From IMG/VR virus record IMGVR_UViG_3300017971_004765, positions 1 through 59,764 of that record: a DNA stretch of 59,764 bases. One strand, 5' to 3'. Shown piece after piece: positions 10,001 to 18,342 of this stretch. The translations under genes were made by a program, and so were the position numbers. Under the pieces are notes generated by a model that saw only the letters and a program-made list of their open reading frames with translations, did not search any database and was not told the DNA's origin. Each line of letters begins with the position of its first letter. Positions within the stretch are counted from its first letter, which is position 1. The DNA comes from a virus (lineage: Duplodnaviria > Caudoviricetes).

Positions 10001-11339
10001 CTAATCTTGTTCTCTCTTCTGTAATTGCAACTAATCTTTCTTGTAACGTAATAAATTCGGTTGCTTTTGTTCCAACTATTTCCCAATCAGTTACTTTAAA
10101 GGATTCTTTTTCAGCAAGTATCCTTTCGTGTATAGCTTTTGTTACTCTATCTTGTATAGTTTCTTCTTCTTTCAACATACCTATGTATGAGGATATTCCT
10201 TTTATAAATGTAGCAAGTGCGCTTGCTCCTTCTTTTAAGGTAGGCAAAAAGTAACTACCAATGTTTGTGTATAGCTTTGTTATCTCTGCATTAAGTTGTT
10301 TCTGTGATCCCCTATATGTGTCTAGCTGCATCGTTGCTTGCCAAGTTGCTTCACCAACCATATTTGTAGATGCATACAACTCATCAAACGCGTCTGTTCC
10401 TTGTCTCAGGAGGGCAGCCATTGCTGGACCACCACGGAGACCGAACATATCCATAAGGTCTCCTGCGTTCTCCACCATAGGCGCAAGCTTTATAAGGATA
10501 TCGCGCATACTATTTATTTTAGGGTTTATATCTTCGTATGTTAATCCATACCTAGCAAGAATCGAGGTTGCTTCTTTGGTGGGCTTGATGAGTCCTGATA
10601 TAACTCTTCTGAATCCTGTTCCAGCCATAGAAGCTGATAGACCAGCGTTATATAGGAGACCCAAAGATGTAGCTGTTTCCTTGAGATCTAATCCAGCTGT
10701 GTATGCAATTGCTCCTGCGTACCTAAGAGACTTACCTAGTTTATCTATGCGAGCCTGAGAATTAGCTATAACACCAGCAAATGTGTCGGCTATTACCATA
10801 GTGTCTCCAGCTTCTCTGCCGAATTGCTTGATGGTGCTGATCATTATTTCTCCTACGTCGTTAAGATCGGCACCCGTAGCTGCCGCCATAGTTAGGGTTC
10901 CTTCTAGGGCGCTTATTGATTCTTCTACGTCATAGCCAGCACTGGCAAATATATACATAGCGTCTGCAGCTTGTAATGCGTTATATCCAAGGTCAGAAAT
11001 TGACTGAACTTTAGCTGCCTCAGACAATTCATTTAGCTCATCAGTGGTTGCATGCGCAACTGCACCAACATTATGGATATTTTGTTCAAAGTCGGCTGCT
11101 GTTTTATATATTTCTCCTATGGTTTTCTTCAAAAATCTGAAAGCATAACTAACTGGGTCAATGGCAAACACCAAACGCCCCATAGCCTTACTCATTAAAC
11201 CAGTTTGCTTGGTCGTCTTTTCTACTGATTGCGTAAATCCTTTTATGTTTGCCGTGGTCTTTCGAATAACTGTGCCAGTATTCTTATCCATAGCCTCTAT
11301 GACTAGCTGCAGTTTCCCTATCTCGTAGGTGGTCGCCAT
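7089..11339 (-). CDS. Tail tape measure protein (TP901-type core)
   Basis: 1416 aa, helical; AADFEQNIHNVGAV...AADAMYIFASAG...GLSASMAGTGFRR. Confidence 0.92.
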   Translation of the reverse strand: MATTYEIGKLQLVIEAMDKNTGTVIRKTTANIKGFTQSVEKTTKQTGLMSKAMGRLVFAIDPVSYAFRFLKKTIGEIYKTAADFEQNIHNVGAVAHATTDELNELSEAAKVQSISDLGYNALQAADAMYIFASAGYDVEESISALEGTLTMAAATGADLNDVGEIMISTIKQFGREAGDTMVIADTFAGVIANSQARIDKLGKSLRYAGAIAYTAGLDLKETATSLGLLYNAGLSASMAGTGFRRVISGLIKPTKEATSILARYGLTYEDINPKINSMRDILIKLAPMVENAGDLMDMFGLRGGPAMAALLRQGTDAFDELYASTNMVGEATWQATMQLDTYRGSQKQLNAEITKLYTNIGSYFLPTLKEGASALATFIKGISSYIGMLKEEETIQDRVTKAIHERILAEKESFKVTDWEIVGTKATEFITLQERLVAITEERTRLEEKREKMLSRGSLYDYTMARGLKLEIEELKRQEEELVGAVSESSKAYLSQQKILEQLKEEYKGTTTDVNSLASSIIIASEQTGISVDIIKSSMDKLDASVEEVTGASKLFGFSIGSLTDKHMEWFRQIMDGANATDVLNDIMKETNMTVEEMTDWFDDLIDGAWGGEVFKSFILNLEKMAEAEQKLTKSKKELIFAMEDEEAKMEKLHYQTSTARQRYEDMKTNAEYLNKTISELYPNWTSLVDINTTAHKEFSKALNNVYNAAVELEDELSDMSSGQANYAEQTRMSSVEGQRLIELFRSGTITMQQLKDAMALVGTEGFDLASHLNDIFGGIEAARLSTTKWGLDVEEFIGDWKHLFDTKILRDFFEQADSTIELTEERIRNFVEATKPTLEDLFSSLQAREISDVIDLGGGLVEVIYGASEEARKAAEELGLEICEATTSEMWECTDSGYAIKKTKRAAEKFGELMSEEITNVTERMSGVWDVTKENACESFTETYQCYTVAGEKILLTAEQYAQKMIDIKEKEEKEKQALIEKYSITGSYQGFEAMRLSAEGQIEMLKKNWMGQWEVMATVIPGADTPLGIFNNKLDNTIELAGMSKSFFDHFASTLAGFAEEIRNVNDAMDEGTLILGSYTEAQAKIWLDYYERGIMELERFLETGSAMSDEFAHLAAPGPFTTAEQSAENSLDIFRKWQAQLYAALYGTTEEIEDGWAEMWRNLNATTITNIVELNDQWIVTKKGACGTWEEIYECVDHQLKKISDDIETELERIDRITREEWNDINKIYFKSIEELADGTYSVIKQGVCGEFEELYECVDGQLQKMVDSAGGATGDIEDELVTMVNIINSLAGKQIFDAEKLLMPVNELEAQTADLLRQLYGDLASGTVTNMVIGGGISPDMQSYFDALASGTATTMPTFSGSGVTTTIIVEEGAIVIQAEDMTNPEEAAAALEIALQQIAIEAEMEGESGVP

Positions 11340-11573
11340 CTAATCCCTTATAGTTTCTTTTCTCGTATCAAATTTTTCAGCCCGTCCAGGTGCTCCCAGG
11401 ATAGACATACTGATCGGTGATGGTCGGGGTCATCAATAATGATGCCCCAATCCATCTTTATTATCTTTGGGCAGCACCCGTGCTTACACAATTCTAGCGT
11501 TTCACTCGTCGTATCTTAACCCTCCTTTTTGGGTTTTTTGGGTATTTCCCACCGCTATTATCGCGATTTCCCG

Positions 11574-11771
11574 TCATCGGTGCATCTTCTTCTTTAGGTT
11601 TGCGCGCCTCTGTGCGTTAGCGCGCTCCCTTGAATCAACTTCCATTCCAGTCATAAGGAATGCTAATTGTTCCTGCGTTAATTCAGCCATCTGATCCGGG
11701 GTGTATCCAAATTCCTTCATTACACGGTAGATACCGAGGGCGTCATCCTCCCAGAAGAGTCGCTCAAAGGG
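11574..11771 (-). CDS. Tail assembly chaperone frameshift extension (gpGT-like)
   Basis: Slippery heptamer C CCT TTG at 11771-11765, in frame; the -1 frame reads PFERLFWEDD...FGYTPDQMAELTQEQLAFL...KKMHR*. Confidence 0.75.
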   Translation of the reverse strand, partial: PFERLFWEDDALGIYRVMKEFGYTPDQMAELTQEQLAFLMTGMEVDSRERANAQRRANLKKKMHR

Positions 11772-12175
11772 TTAGATCCTTCGCGCCCTCCTAGTCGGAG
11801 CATCTCCTCGTTGTACTCCCTAAAGATCTCTGGGTGCTTGTCTTCAAGCCACGTCTCGAGCGGCACGCGAATGTCGCTCAGGTCGCCCATAGCATTGCCC
11901 AGCGCCAGAACATCGTCTGCGCTAAGATTGTCGAGCCACTCCTGATCCTTGGGGTTGCCCCCATTCTCGAGACCCGACAGCAAGGATATATCGTTCTTAT
12001 CCCAGCCGTCTGCGGCGCGACCCACCTTCTTCATCTGGGCATACTTGAGCTTGGCTATCTTGTAGGTGCCTCCCTCATCAGGTAGGGTTACCTCTACCTT
12101 TCTCTTTCCGTCTTCCATTATTGTTCCTGTATCTATAGACACGTTTTCACCTTTAAACCCCAGCAGGGCCAACAC
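11720..12175 (-). CDS. Tail assembly chaperone (gpG-like)
   Basis: Lies between tail tube and tape measure; acidic; ends near the slippery site. Confidence 0.75.
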   Translation of the reverse strand: MLALLGFKGENVSIDTGTIMEDGKRKVEVTLPDEGGTYKIAKLKYAQMKKVGRAADGWDKNDISLLSGLENGGNPKDQEWLDNLSADDVLALGNAMGDLSDIRVPLETWLEDKHPEIFREYNEEMLRLGGREGSNPLSDSSGRMTPSVSTV

Positions 12176-12209
12176 CTGTCCGGGTCCGTTCGGTTATTCA
12201 GTGCCTAGA

Positions 12210-12593
12210 TTAGGTACTTATATTGACGCAGACAAAATCCAGGCTCTCGGTTGCAGCTCCGTCAGCTTCTCCGGCGCCTCCCCACGAGGACCACATACAC
12301 TTGCTGCATGTAATCGAAACAATGCCCTCCTTGATTGCACCAATAAAGGTGAACGAGGCGGGCTTGCTCTCGGTGGGGTTGGCTGCCAGATCAGCGTAGG
12401 TATCATTCGCGTATAGCTTGCTAATGCTGCCGGTCACATTCTTTGGACCGACGCTTATATCACAAGCGCTACGAGACCCCAGGACAAAGTGGCTCTCAGT
12501 TGAATTATCAACATCAACGCTCCACCCCTCTACCTGGGCAACCTCGGTGTCTGCAACCTTTATCTGTCCTTGCCATCCTCTATACACTACCAT
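12210..12593 (-). CDS. Tail tube protein, paralog 2
   Basis: VAQVEGWSVDVDNSTE...VGPKNVTGS; position in the operon. Confidence 0.75.
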   Translation of the reverse strand: MVVYRGWQGQIKVADTEVAQVEGWSVDVDNSTESHFVLGSRSACDISVGPKNVTGSISKLYANDTYADLAANPTESKPASFTFIGAIKEGIVSITCSKCMWSSWGGAGEADGAATESLDFVCVNIST

Positions 12594-12604
12594 TTTGTTT
12601 CCTC

Positions 12605-13036
12605 CTATGTAGCTATGTTAGCCGCAACAAAGTCTATATTTTCTGTGGCGGCTCCGTCAGCTTCTCCTGCGCCTCCCCAGGTGCTCATTTGCAATCCCCA
12701 GGCGACAACGGATGTCTTGCCTCCATAGTCAATCCATCCCTTGAATGCCCAAGACGATGGTTTAACCTCGGTGGGATTGATAAAGCTCTTCGGGAAGGTA
12801 TTCGTGTACCATAGCCTATTAAATGTGCCAGTAACGTTCTTTGGGCCAACGCTAACGTCGCCCGCGCTACGGCTCCCCAGGTAGAAATGGGTCTCAGTTG
12901 AATTGTCAACGTCGATGCTCCATCCCTCTACCTGTGCTACTGCGTAGCTAGGAACAAAACGATCAGGAAAGCTCGTCTCTACGGAGTTTGTCATACCGTA
13001 TTCTATTCGTCCTTGCCAACCTCTAAAGGTCGCCAT
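12605..13036 (-). CDS. Tail tube protein, paralog 1
   Basis: VAQVEGWSIDVDNSTE...VGPKNVTGT, close paralog of 12210-12593. Confidence 0.75.
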   Translation of the reverse strand: MATFRGWQGRIEYGMTNSVETSFPDRFVPSYAVAQVEGWSIDVDNSTETHFYLGSRSAGDVSVGPKNVTGTFNRLWYTNTFPKSFINPTEVKPSSWAFKGWIDYGGKTSVVAWGLQMSTWGGAGEADGAATENIDFVAANIAT

Positions 13037-13037
13037 A

Positions 13038-13190
13038 TTAGCCCTCCGTTTCTATTAGTTTCCTCTCTACTTTCTTTGGTTTCTTTTCCTTCTCTTCGAA
13101 TTTTGACAGCTGCTTTTTCAGGGCTTCTACCTCTTTCTTGAGTTCGTCAACCTTTTCCTCCAAACCAGCTATCACTTCTATGTGTCCCAT
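13038..13190 (-). CDS. Small coiled-coil protein (50 aa)
   Basis: Hand-translated MGHIEVIAGLEEKVDELKKEVEALKKQL..., SD GAGGTG. Confidence 0.55.
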   Translation of the reverse strand: MGHIEVIAGLEEKVDELKKEVEALKKQLSKFEEKEKKPKKVERKLIETEG

Positions 13191-13199
13191 TACAACACC

Positions 13200-13643
13200 T
13201 CAATGTGGTTTTATCACGGGTACTAGATAAGTTATCATCTTCCTCCAGCTATCCCATTCTTCTATGTATCCAAGATCTGCGAGACCTATCAGGGTGGCGT
13301 CAATCATACTGGGACCGTTCCCACTGGCGTCTGCCCAGCTCTGCATACCGCTCCTATGAGAAGCAATATAATCGCTTATGTCATCGACCATTCTGTCGGC
13401 ATCTAGGGTGTCATCGCCGTATATATCAAATTGAACCGAGAAGTCGTATCTATTGGCTTTTCGTCCCGTGGACCACAGCTCTCCGATTCCAACCTCTTCC
13501 TGGCGGGCGAAGGTGGTCCTGATCCTAACTTCTGGGGGTCCAACAAAATCTTTTTCTGGATAAGCCTCGTATATGCGCTGCACGCTGGGCATAGCTGTCC
13601 TGGCTATGTCTATCATCATTGATGTAAGAAGTTCGGTTTGCAT
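13200..13643 (-). CDS. Tail terminator-like protein
   Basis: Position before the tail tube; FSVQFDIY motif. Confidence 0.6.
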   Translation of the reverse strand: MQTELLTSMMIDIARTAMPSVQRIYEAYPEKDFVGPPEVRIRTTFARQEEVGIGELWSTGRKANRYDFSVQFDIYGDDTLDADRMVDDISDYIASHRSGMQSWADASGNGPSMIDATLIGLADLGYIEEWDSWRKMITYLVPVIKPH

Positions 13644-13647
13644 TGCC

Positions 13648-14103
13648 TCACCTGGACGCCCCTCTAGCTACCTTTTCGGTTTCTTCCTTTGCGATCTCTA
13701 CTATTCGATCCTGGTTATCAATAAAGGCAGGCCATAGAAAGGGTCGTGGAGGCACTGCGCGGAATCCAGTTGTCCCCAGCTCGTGGAACACTGAATGCTC
13801 AACGTCTGAGTAAACTATACCCAATGTTTGGTTACCCTGACTTAAATAGGTTGTCTTCATACTTTCAGCCAGTTCGCCAGTCCTATATAATCCCTCGAAG
13901 CCACCGAAGCGCCCGAGCCCCTCCTTGTACTTGAAGGGGGGCCACTCGGGGCGCCCGTGGCGGATATTGTACTCGGCGTCGGTGCGCACAAGCTCTATTA
14001 CGCGCTTTATGGTTTCTTCCATTGCGTCCTTGTTTAGGTCGTCCAATAGGTTTAGCTTGCGTATTATTTCCTTGTCGCCCTTTACCGTGAGCCTTACGTT
14101 CAT
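13648..14103 (-). CDS. HK97 gp10-like tail completion protein
   Basis: RTGELAES...VEHSVFHELGT...PPRPFLWPA; the ATG at 14103 is coupled to the upstream stop. Confidence 0.8.
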   Translation of the reverse strand: MNVRLTVKGDKEIIRKLNLLDDLNKDAMEETIKRVIELVRTDAEYNIRHGRPEWPPFKYKEGLGRFGGFEGLYRTGELAESMKTTYLSQGNQTLGIVYSDVEHSVFHELGTTGFRAVPPRPFLWPAFIDNQDRIVEIAKEETEKVARGASR

Positions 14104-14504
14104 CTTCGCCCACGCGCCCTCTTTAGACCAACCTCGTGGTATATGACGGCGCTGCCCACCAAGCTCTTTTGCTGCCAAGTAAGATTGTAGTATTCGTCGC
14201 TGTCCATACCCGCCAAGTACCACTCATCTTCCATATTGTAGTCGGTCCCAGATGGGACCACGGCAACAGCGTCACCCACCTCTATGCGCCCCAGCTGTAT
14301 TAGTCTATAGTCGTCAGCTGTAACCGTGCGCCAGACCCCAGTAAAAGATGTAACAGCTGAAGAGCCATAGCTGAGGTTGCCCCTGTAGTAAGCGTGGCTG
14401 GTGGCGCCGCTAAACTTCCTCTGGTATATCGGGCCGCCAAACTCCGTGAGGAAGTCCTCAAAATCCGACTTTACCCTGGATATATCTACGTGCTTACCGG
14501 GCAA
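14100..14504 (-). CDS. Head closure (stopper)-like protein
   Basis: Position before the gp10-like gene, and size. Confidence 0.55.
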   Translation of the reverse strand: MPGKHVDISRVKSDFEDFLTEFGGPIYQRKFSGATSHAYYRGNLSYGSSAVTSFTGVWRTVTADDYRLIQLGRIEVGDAVAVVPSGTDYNMEDEWYLAGMDSDEYYNLTWQQKSLVGSAVIYHEVGLKRARGRR

Positions 14505-14509
14505 TCAAA

Positions 14510-14863
14510 TCACGGCTGTGTTTCTTCAGTCTTGTACACGGTCCTTGCGGTTCGCCCATATCTGGTTGACCCAACATCAGTGGCGCTCAATGCGCCCCAC
14601 CACTTGACTACATACTCGGTTTCCACGGTCCCGTCGTTTGGGATTGTCCAATCATAGTAATACGCGCCCGTGTATGAGCGCGTAGGGGTCGTGGTATCCG
14701 AATTGTGAATCGTTATTGTGGGACTGGATGGATCGGTTAGAGTCGTGCCCACAAAGAACTTTCCCCATAAGCGGATCGTGTGATTCTTCTCGTATGGTCC
14801 GACAGTTCTGCCTACTCTACCCATATTTTTGCCTCTTAAGTTTATTTTATATTTTTTCACCAA
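14510..14863 (-). CDS. Putative virion Ig-like protein
   Basis: TLTDPSSPTITI...TGAYYYDWTIP. Confidence 0.45.
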   Translation of the reverse strand: MVKKYKINLRGKNMGRVGRTVGPYEKNHTIRLWGKFFVGTTLTDPSSPTITIHNSDTTTPTRSYTGAYYYDWTIPNDGTVETEYVVKWWGALSATDVGSTRYGRTARTVYKTEETQP

Positions 14864-14890
14864 ATTACGCTAAGCTGGAGCTTAGCGGTT

Positions 14891-15160
14891 TCATTTCTCC
14901 ACTGCGACTGGAGCTTCTAAGAGCAAGGCTCTCAACGATTTGGCTGCTCTGCACAGATCATCGTTGCGCTGCGCTATCCGCTTATTCTCCGCGATGATAG
15001 CCACTATATCGGAGGCCTTTGCGTCTTCTGGTAGCTCGACCAGTGACTCTAGAGGCCTCTCTGTGAAGCGGATCGTGTCCGGCAGCGTCCCCGCCTCGAC
15101 CCGGCTCTGCAGCCTCTCTCGATCCTCGACGCTTGTCTGGTAATACAGCTCCTCGCTCAT
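14891..15160 (-). CDS. Hypothetical protein
   Basis: ORF with SD GGAGTGA. Confidence 0.5.
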   Translation of the reverse strand: MSEELYYQTSVEDRERLQSRVEAGTLPDTIRFTERPLESLVELPEDAKASDIVAIIAENKRIAQRNDDLCRAAKSLRALLLEAPVAVEK

Positions 15161-15182
15161 CTCGCATCACTCCCTCCAAACA

Positions 15183-16763
15183 TCACTCCTGCACATTGCT
15201 CCCTACCGCTGTGCCTGCCGGGGGAACCGCATTCACCACGAGACCACGCAGGAAGCAGTTATAGATCGGGCACGGATCATAGGCCGACTGGCTGATGATG
15301 CTTCTCTGGTTGGTGGGGTCCAGTGTCTCGGCGTGGCTATTCGTCAGACGCCATGCATCCGCAGCCTCGGCAACATCCGTTACGTAGAATGCGTCGCTCG
15401 CCCCATTCGCAAGGAGGAAACCGTTGGCAAACCGTGCTATGCCCACCGTATCCATATACAGGGCGTAACAGGTGCCATAATTCGTCATCACGACGTACCT
15501 GACGCTGAGGCTGCCCTCCGCTATGCCTGCGCTCGGCGTGGCGTACATATAGCCCGCTGCCGCCACCTCCACATTAGTGATGGCGAAGTATTTTGCGCCG
15601 GTCGAGTCGATTGGTATGCCTGCAGCTATCTCGTTGCCCCCGATGCTGGTTCCTAGATCCAATGTGGTGCCGCCAGCAGCCGCTGATGTGACCTGGACAT
15701 ATGCTCCCACCAGTATGTATGGGTGCACTGCATAGGGCTGAAACCTGCCATTGTCTGCACTCGTATACGTCCACCAATAATTGCTCTTGGCCCCGCCCAC
15801 AGCCGTGCACTCCGCGAAGCTCGGGCTAGACGAGCTATCAGTAAAGATGCCGTAGCAGTATGTGCCTCCGCCACCACCAGTAATCGTGCACCCCGAGAAG
15901 CTCGGGCTAGACGAGCCACCAGTAATGATGCCGAAGCAGGATGTGCCTCCGCCACCACCAGTAATCGTGCACTCCGCGAAGCTCGGGCTAGACGAGCTAT
16001 CAGTAATGATGCCGAGGCAGGATGTGCCTCCGCCACCACCAGTAATCGTGCACCCCGAGAAGCTCGGGCTAGACGAGTCACCAGTAAAGATGCCGTGGCA
16101 GGATGTGCCTCCGCCACCACCAGTAATCGTGCACCCCGAGAAGCTCGGGCTAGACGAGCCACCAGTATAGATGCCGAAGCAGGATGTGCCTCCGCCACCA
16201 CCAGTAATCGTGCACCCCGAGAAGCTCGGGCTAGACGAGCCACCAGTAAAGATGCCGTGGCAGCTATTGATTGTTGCAGTGACCTCGTTCAAGAATCGGC
16301 AGCCAAAAAGCCGCAACGTATCGTCACATGTCCCCGAGAAGTAGGAAGCATGAACTGCAGCCGTGATCGGCGTGGTGTCCCGCCTCCGCACAGTCACGTC
16401 CCGCCAGATCGCGTTAGTCACCGACGCAAAATTCACGCCATTAACCGTGCTAGGTGTATCCACGATGATGTCACAGCCACAACCATACACGTCCACGTTG
16501 TTCCGAGCGGTCAGAGCGGCGGTACATGTAAAGGTGCCCCCGCTCGGCACCAGCGCAACACAGCCCCCACCAAGCCCCTGGACATAATCAAAGGCTGCCT
16601 GTATCACCACTGCGTGATCCGCACTCGGTCCCGCGATCACACCGCTATGCTCGCCAAGCCTCGCCACGGCCTGCCCATCGCAAAGATAAACCTTCGCAGT
16701 AGCACATATTCCGTACTTCCACGGAGCCGGAGAACCCATATCCACCATCAATATCTCCTCCAA
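15183..16763 (-). CDS. Right-handed beta-helix (pectate-lyase-like) spike/adhesin with 27-aa tandem repeats
   Basis: N-terminal ADHAVVIQAAFD...GGGCVAL motif; six GIxTxxSSSPSFxxCTITGGGGGTxC repeats. Confidence 0.75.
   Translation of the reverse strand: MEEILMVDMGSPAPWKYGICATAKVYLCDGQAVARLGEHSGVIAGPSADHAVVIQAAFDYVQGLGGGCVALVPSGGTFTCTAALTARNNVDVYGCGCDIIVDTPSTVNGVNFASVTNAIWRDVTVRRRDTTPITAAVHASYFSGTCDDTLRLFGCRFLNEVTATINSCHGIFTGGSSSPSFSGCTITGGGGGTSCFGIYTGGSSSPSFSGCTITGGGGGTSCHGIFTGDSSSPSFSGCTITGGGGGTSCLGIITDSSSSPSFAECTITGGGGGTSCFGIITGGSSSPSFSGCTITGGGGGTYCYGIFTDSSSSPSFAECTAVGGAKSNYWWTYTSADNGRFQPYAVHPYILVGAYVQVTSAAAGGTTLDLGTSIGGNEIAAGIPIDSTGAKYFAITNVEVAAAGYMYATPSAGIAEGSLSVRYVVMTNYGTCYALYMDTVGIARFANGFLLANGASDAFYVTDVAEAADAWRLTNSHAETLDPTNQRSIISQSAYDPCPIYNCFLRGLVVNAVPPAGTAVGSNVQE
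15804..16262 (-). repeat. Intragenic tandem repeat, 81-bp period, about 5.7 copies
   Basis: AAGCTCGGGCTAGACGAG starts at 15817, 15898, 15979, 16060, 16141 and 16222. Confidence 0.97.
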
Positions 16764-16769
16764 TTTTCG

Positions 16770-16901
16770 CTAAGCATCAACTTCGCGTATCTTATCTTCA
16801 ATTCTGTTAAGCCTCCTGTATAGCCACAGCCATCCAATAGCCATAGCAGCATAGAAAACCACATAATCCGTACATATCAAGGGTTCTATTATCCATCTCA
16901 T
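16770..16901 (-). CDS. Small single-TM protein
   Basis: MRWIIEPLICTDYVVFYAAMAIGWLWLYRRLNRIEDK. Confidence 0.45.
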   Translation of the reverse strand: MRWIIEPLICTDYVVFYAAMAIGWLWLYRRLNRIEDKIREVDA

Positions 16902-16903
16902 AT

Positions 16904-17488
16904 CTATCCCTGCTTCATATTTGGTAGCTCTACCGCCTGCACCTCGTAGGGCTTGACGTATGTTGTGCCGCTTGCAATGTATTTCCACTTGAGCTGGATG
17001 TACCTAGCCCTGAGGTATTGTGTCGGCAATTGGAATACTTCTTCTGTTTGCTCTTGATTATGGCAAAGATCGTTCTCCTGCCAAGTAGAGTTATCATCAG
17101 ACCAGCCGATATGCATACCCACGGGCTTGTCGTTATCATTCCACATACCGAACTTGCCTGTGACAAAGACGCCATAGGTAGACCCCATATCGAAGACAAG
17201 CTTGCCTACTGTGGAGAGACAGCCAGCGGCGTGTGTAGCTGAGAATGAACCCGTGCCAGCAGAGGTAGACCAGTCATTGTCGGTCATATTGCCGAGACTT
17301 GTCGGAGCGGCTGACCAGCTAGAGGCGGTTGGCGTTACCGAGTACAGCCGATTTCTTGGCAGAAAGTTTGCCTCATCGTCGCCACCGTCCTGATGGCGAC
17401 CAACGTGGCTCTTCTGATCGGCAACCATAGAGTCCCAATCGGCAGATAGAATAGGATCCCTAGCGGATTTATCTTCATCCCATGTCAT
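16904..17488 (-). CDS. Virion protein with discoidin/F5-8-like carbohydrate-binding domain
   Basis: NMTDNDWST...LVFDMG...WSDDNSTW...ARYIQL...EVQA. Confidence 0.55.
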   Translation of the reverse strand: MTWDEDKSARDPILSADWDSMVADQKSHVGRHQDGGDDEANFLPRNRLYSVTPTASSWSAAPTSLGNMTDNDWSTSAGTGSFSATHAAGCLSTVGKLVFDMGSTYGVFVTGKFGMWNDNDKPVGMHIGWSDDNSTWQENDLCHNQEQTEEVFQLPTQYLRARYIQLKWKYIASGTTYVKPYEVQAVELPNMKQG

Positions 17489-17516
17489 TATAATTACCTT
17501 TTCATTGCCTGTCTTA

Positions 17517-17783
17517 TTATATTATTTGTTCGCTTTCTAATATATGCTGATTATCTTCTTCAGACATTAATATCCTACATTGCGTGGACATCATACCGTC
17601 AAACTCATCCACATCGAATAGGGCAAAGTCAAACAGAGATGCCAAGCTACCAGTTCCAAGTGTCCCGTCTTCCTGGCAAATTATGTGGCATACGTCGTCC
17701 TCCCACATAACGAAGCGCGGATACTTGGGTATAGTGCTTATTACGTGATATATGAGTGTCAGGTCGCCAGTTACCGTTGGCAC
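17517..17783 (-). CDS. Hypothetical protein
   Basis: ORF in operon, SD GAGGTG. Confidence 0.45.
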   Translation of the reverse strand: MPTVTGDLTLIYHVISTIPKYPRFVMWEDDVCHIICQEDGTLGTGSLASLFDFALFDVDEFDGMMSTQCRILMSEEDNQHILESEQII

Positions 17784-17792
17784 TCAGCCACC

Positions 17793-18329
17793 TCAGGCGG
17801 CAGTGTCGCCCTTGATCTCGAAGCCCCAGTAGTCATTGCTGGCAGCAGCGGCATTCGCGCCCACCACTCTCTTAACCCAGACTCCGACAACCGAGCAGTT
17901 GGCGAGATTAGCGGTTCCGCCCCAGCTGATACCAGTGGCCTCGGTAGATGAGTTAACAAAAGACACCCCTGTGGGCGCCGTACTCTCATCAGCAACACTC
18001 TGACACCAGTAGGTATTACCAACCAAACCCGTATCAGGAGCATCGAAGCCAAAGTATATAATTGTACTGGGTGACGGAGTTGTCTGTGATACCCAGCAAA
18101 CCGCGCTCTGCAAAGTGAGCGTAGCATTGCTGTTCCTAATCCAGAAACATCTATACTCGGTGTCACCAGCAGCTGCCTCTGCCCCAGCAACATCGTCCCA
18201 TAGGTTGTTAGCGGAATTGTCCGCTATACTTGCCGCGAGGGACATAAATCCCCCGAGGGAGCTGTTTGCCGTAGTGTTTGCACTTCCGCCATTCAAGCGA
18301 AACTTTATCTCGTCACTCGTAATAGCCAA
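17793..18329 (-). CDS. Conserved-type phage virion protein
   Basis: NSSLGG...NNLWDDV...GDTEYRCFWIRN pattern recalled from phage structural proteins. Confidence 0.55.
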   Translation of the reverse strand: MAITSDEIKFRLNGGSANTTANSSLGGFMSLAASIADNSANNLWDDVAGAEAAAGDTEYRCFWIRNSNATLTLQSAVCWVSQTTPSPSTIIYFGFDAPDTGLVGNTYWCQSVADESTAPTGVSFVNSSTEATGISWGGTANLANCSVVGVWVKRVVGANAAAASNDYWGFEIKGDTAA

Positions 18330-18342
18330 ATATTTTCTTCCT

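Noticed and set aside
15653-16823. Alternative-frame ORFs over the 81-bp repeat (196, 366 and 102 aa)
   Set aside because: By-products of a stop-free GC-rich repeat; the 526-aa frame has a coherent beta-helix context
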